Of a stretch of 64,000 nucleotides of DNA, positions 37,452 to 49,304 are shown piece after piece (position 1 is the stretch's first letter; each line of letters begins with the position of its first letter). The DNA lies in contig CM059432.1 of the NCBI GenBank assembly GCA_030390025.1, forward strand, positions 141,610,001 through 141,674,000. The letters run 5' to 3'. Position numbers and translations under genes: made by a program. The notes beneath the pieces were generated by a model. That model saw nothing but the letters and a program-made list of their open reading frames with translations. It was not told where the DNA came from and did no database searches. The DNA comes from Squalus acanthias. Its lineage: Eukaryota.

Positions 37452-39335
37452 TTAGAATCCTAGAATCCTAGAATCCTAGAATATTACAGCACAGAAGGAG
37501 ACCATTCGGCCCATTAAGTCTGCGCCAGCTCTTTCGAACAGCAATCCAGTTAGTTCCACTCCCCGCTCTTTCCCCATATCCCTGCAATTTTTTGTCCTTC
37601 AAGTACTTATTCAATTCCCTTTTGAAGGCTACTATTGAATCTGTTTCTACCACCCTATCAGACAATGCATTCCAAATCCTAACCACTCGTTGCGTAAAAA
37701 CATTTTCCTTCATGTCGCCTCTGGTTCTTTTGCCAATTACCTTAAATCTGTGCCCTCTGGTTATCGACCCTTCAGCCATTGGAAACAGTTTCTCTTTATT
37801 TACTCAATCTAAATCCTTCATGATTTTAAACACCTCTATCAAATCTCCTTTTAGTCTTCTCTGCTCCAAGGAGAACCCCAGCTTCTCTAGTCTATCCACG
37901 TAACTGTAATCCCTCATCCCTGGAACCATTCTAGTAAATCTCTTCTGCACCCTCTCCAAAGCCTTCACGTCCTTCCTAAAGTGTGGTGCCCAGAATTGGA
38001 CACAATACTCCAGCTGGGGCCGAACTAGTGTTTTATACAGGTTTAGCATAACTTCCTGACTTTTGTACTCTATGCCTCTATTTATAAAGCCCAGGATCCC
38101 ACGTGCTTTATTAACTGCTTTGTTAACCTGTCCTGCCACCTTCAAAGATTTGGGCACAAGCACCCCCAGGTCTCTCTGTTCTTGCACCTCCTTTAAAATT
38201 GTGCCATTTAGTACGTATGGTCTCTCTTCATTCTTCCTACCAAAACGTATCACCTCACACTTCTCTGCATTGAATTTCATCTGCCATGTGTCCGTCCATT
38301 CCACCAGCCTGTCTATGTCTTCTTGAAATCTGTTACTATCTTCCTCACTGTTTACTACACTTCCAAGTTCCGTGTCATCTGCAAATTTCAAAATTGGGCC
38401 CTGTACCCCCAAGTCCAAGTCATTAATATATATCAAAAACAGCAGTGGTCCTAGTACTGAACCTTGGGGAATGACACTGTATACCTCCCTACAGTCAGGA
38501 AAACAGACATTCTCCACAGCTCTGTTTTCTATCCCTTAGCCAATTTTGTATCCATGCTGCTACTGCCCCTTTTATCCCATGTGCTTCAATTTTGCTAACA
38601 AGCCTAATATGTGGTACTTTACCAAATGCCTTTTGAAAGTCCATATACACAACATCAACCGCACTGCCCTCATCCACCCTCTCTGTTACCTCATCAAAAA
38701 ACTCAATCAAGTTAGTCAAACATGATTTGCTTTTAACAAATCTGTGCTGGCTCTCCTTTTTTAGTCCATGCTTTTCCAAGTGGCTGTTAATTTTCTCCTG
38801 GATCATTGTTTCTCAAAGCCTTCCCACCACTGAGGTTAAACTGACTGGCCTGTAGTTGCTGGGTGACGTAAGAAAACTACTAGGCACTTGGTCTAAGCGT
38901 TAAACAAAGCTTTAATCAACTGTTTTCCAACATGGAGATCTAGTTGTGTCCTTCACTAGTTCCTGTTGAGGAATGTCCTAAGCAAGCTGGGCCCATGCCC
39001 GAGTATTTATACTCTCTCTGGACAGCGCCACCAGCAGGCCGCCCAGTATTACTTCATACATGAATGACAAGATTCATGTCACTGGGTTTATCCTTTTTCC
39101 CTTTTTTGAACAAGGGTGCAACATTTGCAATCCTCCAGTCCTTTGACACCACCCCTGTATCTAATTAGGATTGGAAGATTGTGGCCAGCACCTCTGCAAT
39201 TTCTACCCTTACTTCCCTCGGTAACCTAGGATGCAGCACATCTAGGTGCAGGTGACTTATCCACTTTAAGTACTGCCAGCCTTTCCAGTAACTCCTCTTT
39301 ATCTATTTTTATCTCATCCAGTATCCCAGCAACCT
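37452..39335 (-). mobile_element. CR1 LINE (RT region to 3' end), interrupted by an LTR-like insert
   Basis: SCLTNLIEFF, DFQKAF, PQGSVLGP and KFADD motifs, and a (TAGAATCC)n tail. Confidence 0.9.
38864..39081 (-). mobile_element. 218-bp solo-LTR-like element with a perfect 5-bp TSD
   Basis: TGAC...GTCA termini with TSD CTGGG (38859-38863 and 39082-39086). The CR1 resumes on both sides. Confidence 0.8.
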
Positions 39336-39712
39336 CCTAATGTAAAGACAATGGAGATCTGGACCAGAAAGCTGAGTAAGAGCAGAGTGGTCTTGTGAGA
39401 AAGAGCATCTCACTATACTGGTGGGATAAACCAGAGTAGGATGGGCTTACCTTGTATAGCTCCTCGCAGTCAAAATTATCTCAATGTGCTTAAATTACTT
39501 AAGATTATTGCACCATTTAAATTGTGCTATATTATTTAGATAATGTAAAGACAATGGAGATGCCAGCTTGCTTTGATCATCCCAAGTTATAAAGCTTTTA
39601 ATGTCGACCTGTGTCTGTGCTGTAATTGTTTTGAGATCCAATGTGGCCTCCATATAGCCTGCATTACACATTTAGATACGGGGGGGGGGGGGGGCGATTT
39701 CCCCCTCTCCAC

Positions 39713-39940
39713 TGACATGAATCTTGTCATTCATGTGGAAATGACTTATGAAATAATACTGGGCGGCCTGCTGGTGGCGCTGTCCAGGGCGAGTATAAAT
39801 ACTCGGGCACGGGCCCAGCTTGCGCAGGACATTCTTAACAGGAACTAGTGAAGGACACAACTAGACCTCCATGCTGTAAAACAGTTGATTAAAGCTTTGT
39901 TTAACGCTTAGACCAAGTGCCTAGTAGTTTTCTTACGTCA
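39713..39940 (+). mobile_element. Second copy of the solo-LTR-like element (228 bp), in inverted orientation
   Basis: TGAC...GTCA termini, TATAAATA and ATTAAA on the + strand, and flanks TCCAC/CCCAC. Confidence 0.8.
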
Positions 39941-40339
39941 CCCACCTTTCCCCCTTGCGCAAGTGGGGTGGAGCACTGCTAAAACACGCCCCAGTCAAAC
40001 ACACCTGTGCCCACCCTTGTTTCTCGGTTCATAGGTCACTTAAACAGGGCATGAGTGAGCACACCCAAGAGGTGGAAGGAATTCATATGCTGCAAGGAGG
40101 ATTGGAAGACTGTGGCCAGCACCTCCGCAATTTCTACCCTTCCCTCAGCAACCTAGGATGCACCCCATCCGGACAGGGTGACTTATCCACTTTAATTCCC
40201 TCCAGTCTTTCCGGTAACTTCTCTTTATCTTCCAGCAGCCCAAAAGGCACACCGGCTCTTCATGAAGTTGGCTGAGCAGATGTCTAGCAGCAGTCGGGGC
40301 CGGAGCGGGGTCCCCTGCTTTGATGATGAGGCTGTTAAA

Positions 40340-40922
40340 ATAAGAAATAGGAAATAGGAGCAGGAGTAGGCCAATTGGCCCCTCGAGCCTGCTCCGCCAT
40401 TCAATAAGATCATGGCTGATCTGATCCTAACCGCCAATCTACTATCACAGAACCATCTCCTGAATCTAACAGAATTGGACACACGAAATAGGAGCAGGAT
40501 CAGGCTACACGGCCCCTGGGCCCGCTACGCTACCCACAGGGCCATGACCGATCCGAACCTAGACTCATGTCCAAATTCCTGCCCGCTCCCCGTAACCCTT
40601 AATTCCCTTTACTTCTAGGAAACTGTCTATTTCTGTTTTAAATTTATGTAATGATGTAGCTTCTACAGCTTTTTGGGGCAGCATATTCCATGGACCTACC
40701 ACCCTGTGAGTGAAGTAGTTCCTTCTCATCTCAGTTTTGAAAGAGCAGCCCCTTATTCTAAGACTATGCCCCCTAGTTCTAGTTTCACCTATCATCGGGA
40801 ACATCCTCCCTGCATCCACCTGATCCAACCCCTTCACAATCTTATATGTTTCAATAAGATCGCCTCTCATTCTTCTGAACTCCAATGAGTAGAGTCCCAA
40901 TCTACCCAACCTCTCCTCATAT
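40340..40922 (-). mobile_element. CR1 3' fragment nearly identical to 434-1025
   Basis: Only about ten differences over ~570 bp by eye. Confidence 0.9.
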
Positions 40923-40959
40923 TAATCTTGCAATACCAAGTTACAGCTCCAGAGGGGCC

Positions 40960-41080
40960 CAGTCTGGCTGCCGTGTCGGTACAGGAGGTGTCTGACTGCA
41001 TCACTACCAGCAGCACCGTTCAGAGGAAAGGACTGCAGTGCTGCAAGAAAATCCATGGCCTCACCAGGAGAGGCCAGGTG
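40960..41080 (+). pseudogene. Remnant of a Myb/SANT-like DNA-binding gene (Harbinger second ORF)
   Basis: QEVSDCITTSSTVQRKGLQCCKKIHGLTR resembles the MSANTD-type motif W.EVA..VS..S...R...QCRKKF.DL.R. Confidence 0.45.
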
Positions 41081-41286
41081 GAAGCCCCCAGTGTCAGCTC
41101 ATCATTAGATACGTTACCAGCTATCTCGTGCATTCCTTCACTTATTTCCACCTTTTTGTGGGTGCCTGTTATCCTGCACTGTGCACTTTCCAGCACCTCC
41201 CCCTTGTCCAGCGTCACCTCCTTCAGCAGAAGGCTACCCAAGACAACCCGTTGTCAACTCCTTCAATGGCCAGCATCTGCACGCTG

Positions 41287-41490
41287 CAACAACTTGCATT
41301 TATACAGAGCCTTTAACGTAGTAAAACGTCCCAAGGCGCTTCACAGGAGTGATTATCAGACAAAAATTTGACACCGAGCCACATAAAGAGATATTAGGAC
41401 ATGTGACTAAAAGCTTGGTCAAATGAGGCATGTGTCAAGGAGCGTCTTAAAGGAGGAGAGAGAGGTAGAGAGGCTTAGGGATGGAATTCC
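41287..41490 (-). mobile_element. L2 3' end
   Basis: Reverse-complement L2 tail and UTR. Confidence 0.8.
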
Positions 41491-42151
41491 ACATTCTACA
41501 CCTTCTTGTCTTTACAATATCTACAGAGAGCATCTTGGACATAGGAAGAGTCCATTCCACAAATGGCACCTAGTCAGTACATGCTTCTGCTGCTAATAGA
41601 AACAGGTCGCATTTAACAGGAGGCAGGGGGAGCAGCAAACTTGCACTCTCTGTCCCCATGTAAGTAGCAGGCCTTCCAAATTCAGGGACAGGATTTGAAG
41701 GAGGAGGCAGGAGGTAGAGGAGCAGGAGGCCCCAGCTCAGGGTTTGTGCAACACATACCCTTCCTTTGGGCGCCATCCTATTTAGTCACGCTAGCCCTGG
41801 CACACAAGCTTGCTCCAGACCAGCTGTTTGGTGCAGACTGCTCACCAATGAGCTGTAACAAGGACACGCTCTTCGCGCTTTTCCGTTTTCTGTGGCTGCA
41901 GGTATGGCAGATGGTGGTGTCACTGGGCCCTCACGCCAGAACCCACCTGACACCCCATCACTCGGTCTCACTCCAGCATCGATCCTTCCTGGAGGATTCA
42001 GACAGTTTGAGGGCCACACACTGAGTGGCCCACAGAGCACACCTGTGCAGGAGCAGGTGGAGGTGGTGACGTGCCTGCCTATAGGGGCATGAAGAGTAAT
42101 ATGGTGTCATCAATGATGCCCTGAACTTTTGATAATTCTGCCATCCAGTAG

Positions 42152-42632
42152 AAACATAGTAATACAGGAACAGTAGTAGGCCATGTAGCCCCTCGAGCCT
42201 GTTCCACCATTCAATGAGATCATGGTTGATCTGTGGCCTAACTCCATATACCCGCCTTTGGCCCATATCCCTTGGTTAACAAAAAGCTATCAATCTCAGA
42301 TTTAAAATTAACAACTGAACTAGCATCAATTGCCATTTGAGGAAGAGAGTTCCAAACTTCTACCACCCTTTGCGTGTAGAAGTGTTTCCTAACTTCACTC
42401 CTAGAGGGCCTGGCTCTAATTTTTAGGCTATGTCCCCTAGTCCTAGATTCCCCAACCAGCGGAAATAGTTTCTCTCTATCTACCCTATCAGTTGCCCTTA
42501 AAATCTTGAAAACTCACCCCTTAATCTTCTAAATTCTAGGGAATGCAACCCTAGCTTGTGTAGTTTCTCCTCATATTTTAACCCTTGGAGTCCAGGTATC
42601 ATTCCCGTAAATCTACGCTGCACTCCCTCCGA
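42152..42632 (-). mobile_element. CR1 3' fragment
   Basis: EGVQRRFTGMIPGL..LGLHSLEFRRLRG and a CR1 UTR. Confidence 0.8.
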
Positions 42633-42887
42633 GACCAAACCTAAGGCTCGGGCTTCTTGCTCCCTGGTGTCCTTGGGGAAAACCATGTAGCTGTTTGCTC
42701 TGGTGAGCAATGTTATCAGCAACGTTCCCTCTAAGCTGCGTGGCTGCACAGCTCTCTGCCGGTCCCACGCAGCCCAGGACCGGCTTTTCCAATGTTAAGC
42801 TTCGCGCATGCGCGGAACTGTGAATGGGCCGCGCAGCCCCTTAAAGGTCAATCAATGTACAAAAGCGTTGGTGATTTAATTTGTATT

Positions 42888-43283
42888 TATAGAATGATAC
42901 AGCACAGAAGGAGGCCATTCGGCCCATCGTGCCTGTACTGGCTCTTTGAAAGAGCGATCCAATTAGTCCCTCTCCCCCGCTCTTTCCCCAGAGCCCTGCA
43001 AATTTTTCCTTTAAGTATTTATCCAATTGCCTTTTGAAAGTTACTATTGAATCTGCTTCCACCGCCCTTTCAGGCAGTGCATTCCAGATCACAACAACTC
43101 GCAGCGTAAAAAGATTTCTCTTCATCTCCCCCTCTGGCTCTTTTGCCAATTACCTTAAACGTTTGGTTACTGACCCTCCTGCCAGTGGAAACAGTTTCTC
43201 CTTATTTACTCTGTCAAAACCTTTCATAATTTTGAACACCTCTATTAAATCTCTCCTTAACCTTCTCTGCTCGAAGGAGAACA
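42888..43283 (-). mobile_element. CR1 3' fragment
   Basis: EQRRLRRDLIEVFKIMKGFD...WNALPERAVEA. Confidence 0.8.
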
Positions 43284-44079
43284 AGGTGATTCTCACTTTG
43301 GCAGCAATGTACCTGTTGGAATCTCCTGTGCCAAGTGGCACATAAAGCAACCCATTTCTTCAACAACTGTCTGTCCAGAACAAGATATTTAACTCTGATG
43401 AAAGTGTCATCTCGCCTCACATCCAGCAGATTGTGGTTTTCCACAGTTGATTTTAATATTTGCAAGTCTGCAACAGACTCATCTTTTCTCTGGGGCTGTT
43501 TCCATAACAAAAGGGATTTTTACGTGGACAGGTCATTAGCCTGACTCCCAACTCCCAACTAGGAGGACTGGCCTTTAGTCTGGCTCCTACCTTTCGACCT
43601 GTCTGACCAGGAGTTATACTCCCGCTGGCGTAGCTCTCACCTCAGTGCCCAAAAATCACTAATTGATGAAGTTGGTGCCCGTCTCTTTAAACTCCCAAGG
43701 ATTTGAAATGCAACGTTTCTGAGCATCACACCCAGTCCATATGGGCGCCATCTGCAGCTGCCTTTTCAGAAATGGGAGGAGATTGATGTGCAGACCCCAG
43801 TAATATCACTTGCCGGTCTTTTCAATCTCTTTGCATCAAAACTCCTGTTGCAGCTGCCGTTGACTCGACCCCCGCCCGACTCACAACCAGAAGTGAATGT
43901 GAAGCAGAAACGAGGCGAGGACCAGGTACAGTGGGGTCTCCACCTCCTTTTTGCTCCGCATTACAGCCGGGAAGTAGTTATACACAGAGCGTAATGCAGA
44001 GAAAAATCAGCCCCTTAGGAACATAGGAACAGGAGTCGGCCATTCAGCCCCTTGAGCCTGTTCTACCTTGTGGCATATT

Positions 44080-44843
44080 GGCCCAGATTCTGCTGGAAAA
44101 AATAACGGTGAGGCTAATGGCGCTCTCTGTTATTTATGCGCAAATGGTACAGCAACTTCAGGCGAGGGGCAGATGCACGGTTAAACTCAAATATCCAGAA
44201 GTTGCTGTCCGAGTTGCGCCGCTCCACCATTAGCTTCGTGAAAACGGCATCTCGCCGTCTGCCTCACCATTGAAATGAATTGAATGGCTTGAAGGTGTTG
44301 CACTTGCACGGTAGATACAAACTAAACCTACCACAGAAAGTGAAGTCTTGGCCATTCTAGTCCAAGTACCCTTTTAACGACATGATAAGTCTTAGTTACT
44401 GCCAGTCAACCTCTGACACTGAAAATTAACTAGTACAAGTGCGGTGTCTCATTCCTTCAGGTTTTAATTGTTGTTGGAGATTTTAAAAATGTAAAAAATT
44501 TTTTTTTACTTTTCCTTTCTCTCTCTCTCAATCCAATCTTTCTTTCGCTCCCTTTATTTCTCTTTCTGAATCTGATTTGACATCGAATTCACCCATTCTA
44601 ATTTACACTTCAGTCCGTGCGCTGTTAATTTCACAATCCTTCAATCAGATTGGTTAAGGAGATACCCTGTTGCTTGCCCTGTTCACTCAGGTCCCAGATG
44701 TCGTGTTTCCCTCGCTGCGACGTTATCGGCTCGCACTTTTAGCAACTTGCCGGGCAAAAAATTTTTAAAAACGAAATGTGCAAGGGCAAGTCTAACTAAG
44801 AGCAGACGCTGTTAGATGCCCCGCCACTGCAAAGTTATGGCCC
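44080..44843. mobile_element. Harbinger-like MITE
   Basis: GGCCCAGATT...AGTTATGGCCC termini with ATT/AAT flanks. Homologous to 31818 and 61286. Confidence 0.65.
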
Positions 44844-45439
44844 AATATGTTTGACGCTATCAATTTGTGAATCACTGAAATCTAACTGCTGCCTGATCTG
44901 AATGCCTGAAAATGCCCAAGATTCAATCAAAGTCATTTGCAAGGTTTCAATTTTCTAACGCTGAACTCTTTCACAGCACCCTGACAAATGCCATGAAGAG
45001 ATGATGTTTAACTGGTTTGGCGCAGTGGGTTCGATTGGGACGTGATGGGTTTACTGAGTGAGTGAGGCTTCAGTTGTGCGGCGGTCAAACAGTATAATGA
45101 AACATTCCTCTGCCGCTCCGTGACGACACAGCTCAGGAGACAGCACATGAATATATCAGCAGTTTCGGGGGTGGGGGGGGAGGTTTTAAACTAAAAGGTG
45201 TCACCCGCAGTCTTCTTTGTCAGAAAACTACAGTAGCTGCATTATATTCACGGGATCCAAGAGGAGAAAAAACGAAGGCAGCGTTTACAGACAAACTCAC
45301 TGTCTGCACAGGATCAGCAGGAGTGAAAGGAGCCGAGGTATAGAACAGACCCAAATAATCCAACCCACAGCAGTGCGGTGTTCTAAACAGGCAACAACCA
45401 CATAAAATAAACAGGCAGTTTGTAAGGCGTTCTGAAAGT

Positions 45440-46197
45440 TGTTGTTTCGCCGCAAAGCTGTTTCTGATATATATTGGGATCTTGCTGGAGTGGGGCATCT
45501 TGCGGTGTGCCCCGTTAGTTAGACTTACCCTGCACCCTTCAGCTCCAAGATCTTTTGCGCTGTAACTTGCTGGGAGTGCGAGCTGATGACGGTGCGCGCG
45601 GCGAGGGCATCGGGGCATCTGGGACCTCAGTGAACGACGGGGCCAACAGGTCTATCTCCTTAAGGATTGAGAAAGAAACAGAGGAACGATGGAGAAGGAA
45701 ATAGGGTGAATTAGAGTCAAACCAGGTACAGCAAGAGACATAAAGAGGGGGAAAGAAAGATTGGGTTAAGAGCAAGAGAGAAAAAAGAGACAGAAAGGAA
45801 AAGTTAGATTTTTTTTTATTTCACATTTTTTAAATCTCTAACAACAATTTACTACCTGCAGGAATGAGATTGAACAGTTTCAATTGTTCAATTTCTGGGC
45901 CAGAGATGTTGATTGGTATTGTATTAACAATTATCACATTGTTAAAAGGGTACTAATGCTGTTAATTATAAGATTTCTGTGGCGAGTTTACTAGGCAATT
46001 AACGTGTAAATCCTGCAAGTTGTTAAAAATGCCACTTGTGTGAAGCATATGGTGGAGCGACGTAAATCAACCAGCAAGTTCTGGAGATTCGCAACTCACG
46101 GTGTGTCTCTTCATCCACTGAACTTGCTGGCTGATTTGCATATTAATAACAGTGTGTTTCATTAGCACACCATTATTTTTCCAACGAGTTCCAGACC
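45440..46197. mobile_element. Older Harbinger-like MITE, reverse orientation relative to 44080
   Basis: Diverged reverse-complement homology to 44080-44843. Confidence 0.55.
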
Positions 46198-46422
46198 TAT
46201 AGTTAGCCGTTGCTATAAAAAGTAACTTCCTAAACAGAGATGCTCCCAGTATTGCACACAGAGAATGATTTAAATAATTGTGGCATCTATTTATTTATCT
46301 GCCTGCCTGAAGTTGGTAGGGAAACCAAGCAAAAAAAAATGTCTCTCGGAAATTCCTTGCAAACTTTGTTCCAAATTCTTTCAATAGAGATGAGTGTCAT
46401 TGTCCTACTTCCTAACCACAAC

Positions 46423-46906
46423 TAGATTGATTCCTGGGATGAGAGAGTTGTCCTGTGAGGAGAGATTGTGTAGAATGGGCCTATACACTCTGGAGTTTAG
46501 AAGAATGAGAGGTGATCTCATTGAAACATACAAGATTCTGAAGGGGATTGACAGGGTAGATGCTGAGAGGTTGTTTCCCCTGGCTGGAGTGTCTAGAACT
46601 AGGGGGCATAGTCTCAGGATAAGGGGTCGGCCATTTAAGCCTGAGATGAGGAAGAATTTCTTCACTCAGAGAGTTGTGAATCTTTGGAATTCTCTGCCCC
46701 AGAGGGCTGTGAATGCTGAGTCTTTGAGTATATCCAAGGCTGAGATAGATAGATTTTTGGACTCTAGGGTAATCGAGGGATATGGAGATCAGGCAGGAAA
46801 GTGGAGTTGAGGTCGATGATCAGCCATGATCCTATTGAATGGTGGAGCAGGCTCGAGGGGCCTTATGGCCTACTCCTGCTCCTACTTCTTATGCTCTTAT
46901 GTTCTT
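46423..46906 (+). mobile_element. CR1 3' fragment
   Basis: RLIPGMREL...RMRGDLIETYKI...WNSLPQRAV and a TTCTTATG tail. Confidence 0.88.
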
Positions 46907-47702
46907 AACACCTGCTCCCCTTTGCAATAGCATAACCTCTGACTCACTATAGGCAACAGTACAGGGGATCTACTAGTATATAAAAGTCTTGTGCATAGCA
47001 TGAGTCTGTCACACTTCAAATGTCACACTTGGTTACATATGCAAAATAATAAAGTTTTTAAAAAAAAAAGAAAGCCAGTTATTTTCTGTTGTTTTTTTCA
47101 AACCTTGCCTCTACCCAAGGCCAAGGGAATGAGATTTATAAATAGCTACAGCAACAATTAGCTCCTGATTGATCTCAGAATGTGCTTATTTAGACCTCTT
47201 CCTCACAGAGAGTACCTGAGCAATGGTTTTAAAGGGGACGGGCCAGGTTAAACACAGCTCCATCTTAGCAACAAGCAGTCATAACCATGTTCCAGGGCCC
47301 AGATTACCACAGGAGTTCAGCTTTTAAAAAAAAAAATATGGAGATGCCATTATGCTGTAACTTTCGCATTGACTCGGAATGGTTTTGAGCCTGCATTGGC
47401 ATGAGGGTGCACAAGGCAGGAGGTGTGAGCCCCTACCCCCGCTTCCCCCCCCCCCCCCACCCCCCCCCCCCCACCGAGTCTCCAGGAGGCCATATCACAC
47501 CAGTTTACACCTGGCGCCATGTAACTGCACAAAGTACTGTCTGGACACGGTCTTCTCTTCACTCTACTCACACAGAAGTGCCAACAAACACCACAATAAT
47601 AGTTCATTTATTCCATCACAACTGGGGAATTGGTCTGAATATTTGTGCAGACTAACCAATGATTTATAGATTTAGCATTGTTTCTGTACTGTCTGCTCCT
47701 AT

Positions 47703-47985
47703 TCATAAAACCAAGATCCCATGTGCTTTATTTACAGCTTCATCAACTCCTCCTACATTTAAAGAATTGTGCGTCTGAACCCTTGTCTCTACTCTTTTCA
47801 AAGTTTTACCATTTAGCATATATTTTCTCTCCTTATTCTTCCTCCCAAAATGTATCACCTCACATTTCGCCCTTTTAAATTTAATCTCATGTATATCTGC
47901 ACAATCTAACTTGTCCAATGTCCTCCTGAAGTCTTTTACAATCCTCTTACACTAAACCTTACTCCTATTTTTGTGTCGTCTGTAA
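47703..47985 (-). mobile_element. Old CR1 internal fragment
   Basis: KCEVIHFGRKN...AVNKAHGIL. Confidence 0.65.
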
Positions 47986-47987
47986 AT

Positions 47988-48622
47988 TCTGGACCAGCCA
48001 CATAAATACTGTGGCTACAAGAGCAAGTCAGAGGCTGGGTATTCTGCGGCGAGTGTCTCACCTCCTGACTCCCCAAAGCCTTTCCACCATCTACAAGGCA
48101 CAAGTAAGGAGTGTGATGGAATACTCTCCACTTGCCTGGATGAGTGCAGCTCCAACAACACTCAAGAAGCTCGACACCATCCAGGACAAAGCAGCCCGCT
48201 TGATCGGCACCCCATCCACCACCTTAAACATTCACTGCCTCCACCACTGGCATACCGTGGCTGCAGTGTGTACCATCTAACAAGATGCACTGCAGCAACT
48301 CGCCAAGGCTTCTGCGGCAGCACCTCCCAAACCCGCAACCTCTACCACCTAGAAGGACAAGGGCAGCAGGCGCATGGGAACACCATCACCTCCAAGTTCC
48401 CCTCCAAGTCACACACCATCCTGACTTGGAAATATATCACCGTTCCTTCATCGTCGCTGGGTCAAAATCTTGGAACCCCCTCCCTAACAGCACTGTGGGA
48501 GTACCTTCACCACACGGACTGCAGCGGTTCAAGAAGACAGCTCATCAATAGGACAATTAGGGATGGGCAATAAACGCTGGCCATGCCAGCGGCGCCCACA
48601 TCCCAAGAATGAATTTTTTTTA
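47988..48622 (+). mobile_element. Family A LINE 3' fragment
   Basis: Homologous to 225-433 joined to 1240-1665, i.e. the uninterrupted form. Confidence 0.85.
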
Positions 48623-48817
48623 AATTGTGCCCCCGTGTACCCAAATCTAGCTTATTTATATATAGTGAGAGAAGCAATTGTTCAACAATGATCACTGGGG
48701 GAACACTATTGTTTATATCCTTCCAGTCCAAAACAACTTCCATTAACTGCTACTCTTTAACTAACTTCCTATCCATACTGCCGCATTCCCTTTCATACCA
48801 TGCGCCGTCATTTTATC

Positions 48818-49285
48818 ACCAAGTCCCGCTCACCCATCACCCTGTGCTCTCTGACCTACTTTGGCTCCCGGTCCGGCAACACCTCAATTTAAAAATTCTC
48901 ATCCATGTTTTCAAATCACTCCATGGCTTTGCCCCTCCCTATCTCTGTAACCTCCTCCAGCCCCACAACCCTCCGAGATCTCTGCGCTCCTCCAATTCTG
49001 GCCTCTTGCGTATCCCCGATTTTAATCGCTCCACCATAGGCGGCCGTGCCTTCAGCTGCCTAAGCTCTGGAATTCCCTCCTTAAACCTCTCCGCCTCTCC
49101 ACCTCTCTTTCCTCCTTTAAGCTGCTCCTTAAAACCTTCCTCTTTAACCAAGCTTTTGGTCATCTGCCCTAACATCTCCTGATGTGGCTCGGTGTCAAAT
49201 TTTGTTTTTGATAATCGCTCCTGTGAAGCGCCTTGGGATGTTTTATTACATTAAAGGCGCTATAGAAATGTAAGTTGTTGTTTTT
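48818..49285 (+). mobile_element. L2 3' fragment
   Basis: WLPVRQHLNLKILIHVFKSLHGFAPPYL and an L2 tail. Confidence 0.85.
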
Positions 49286-49304
49286 GTCATGGTATATATT
49301 TTAC

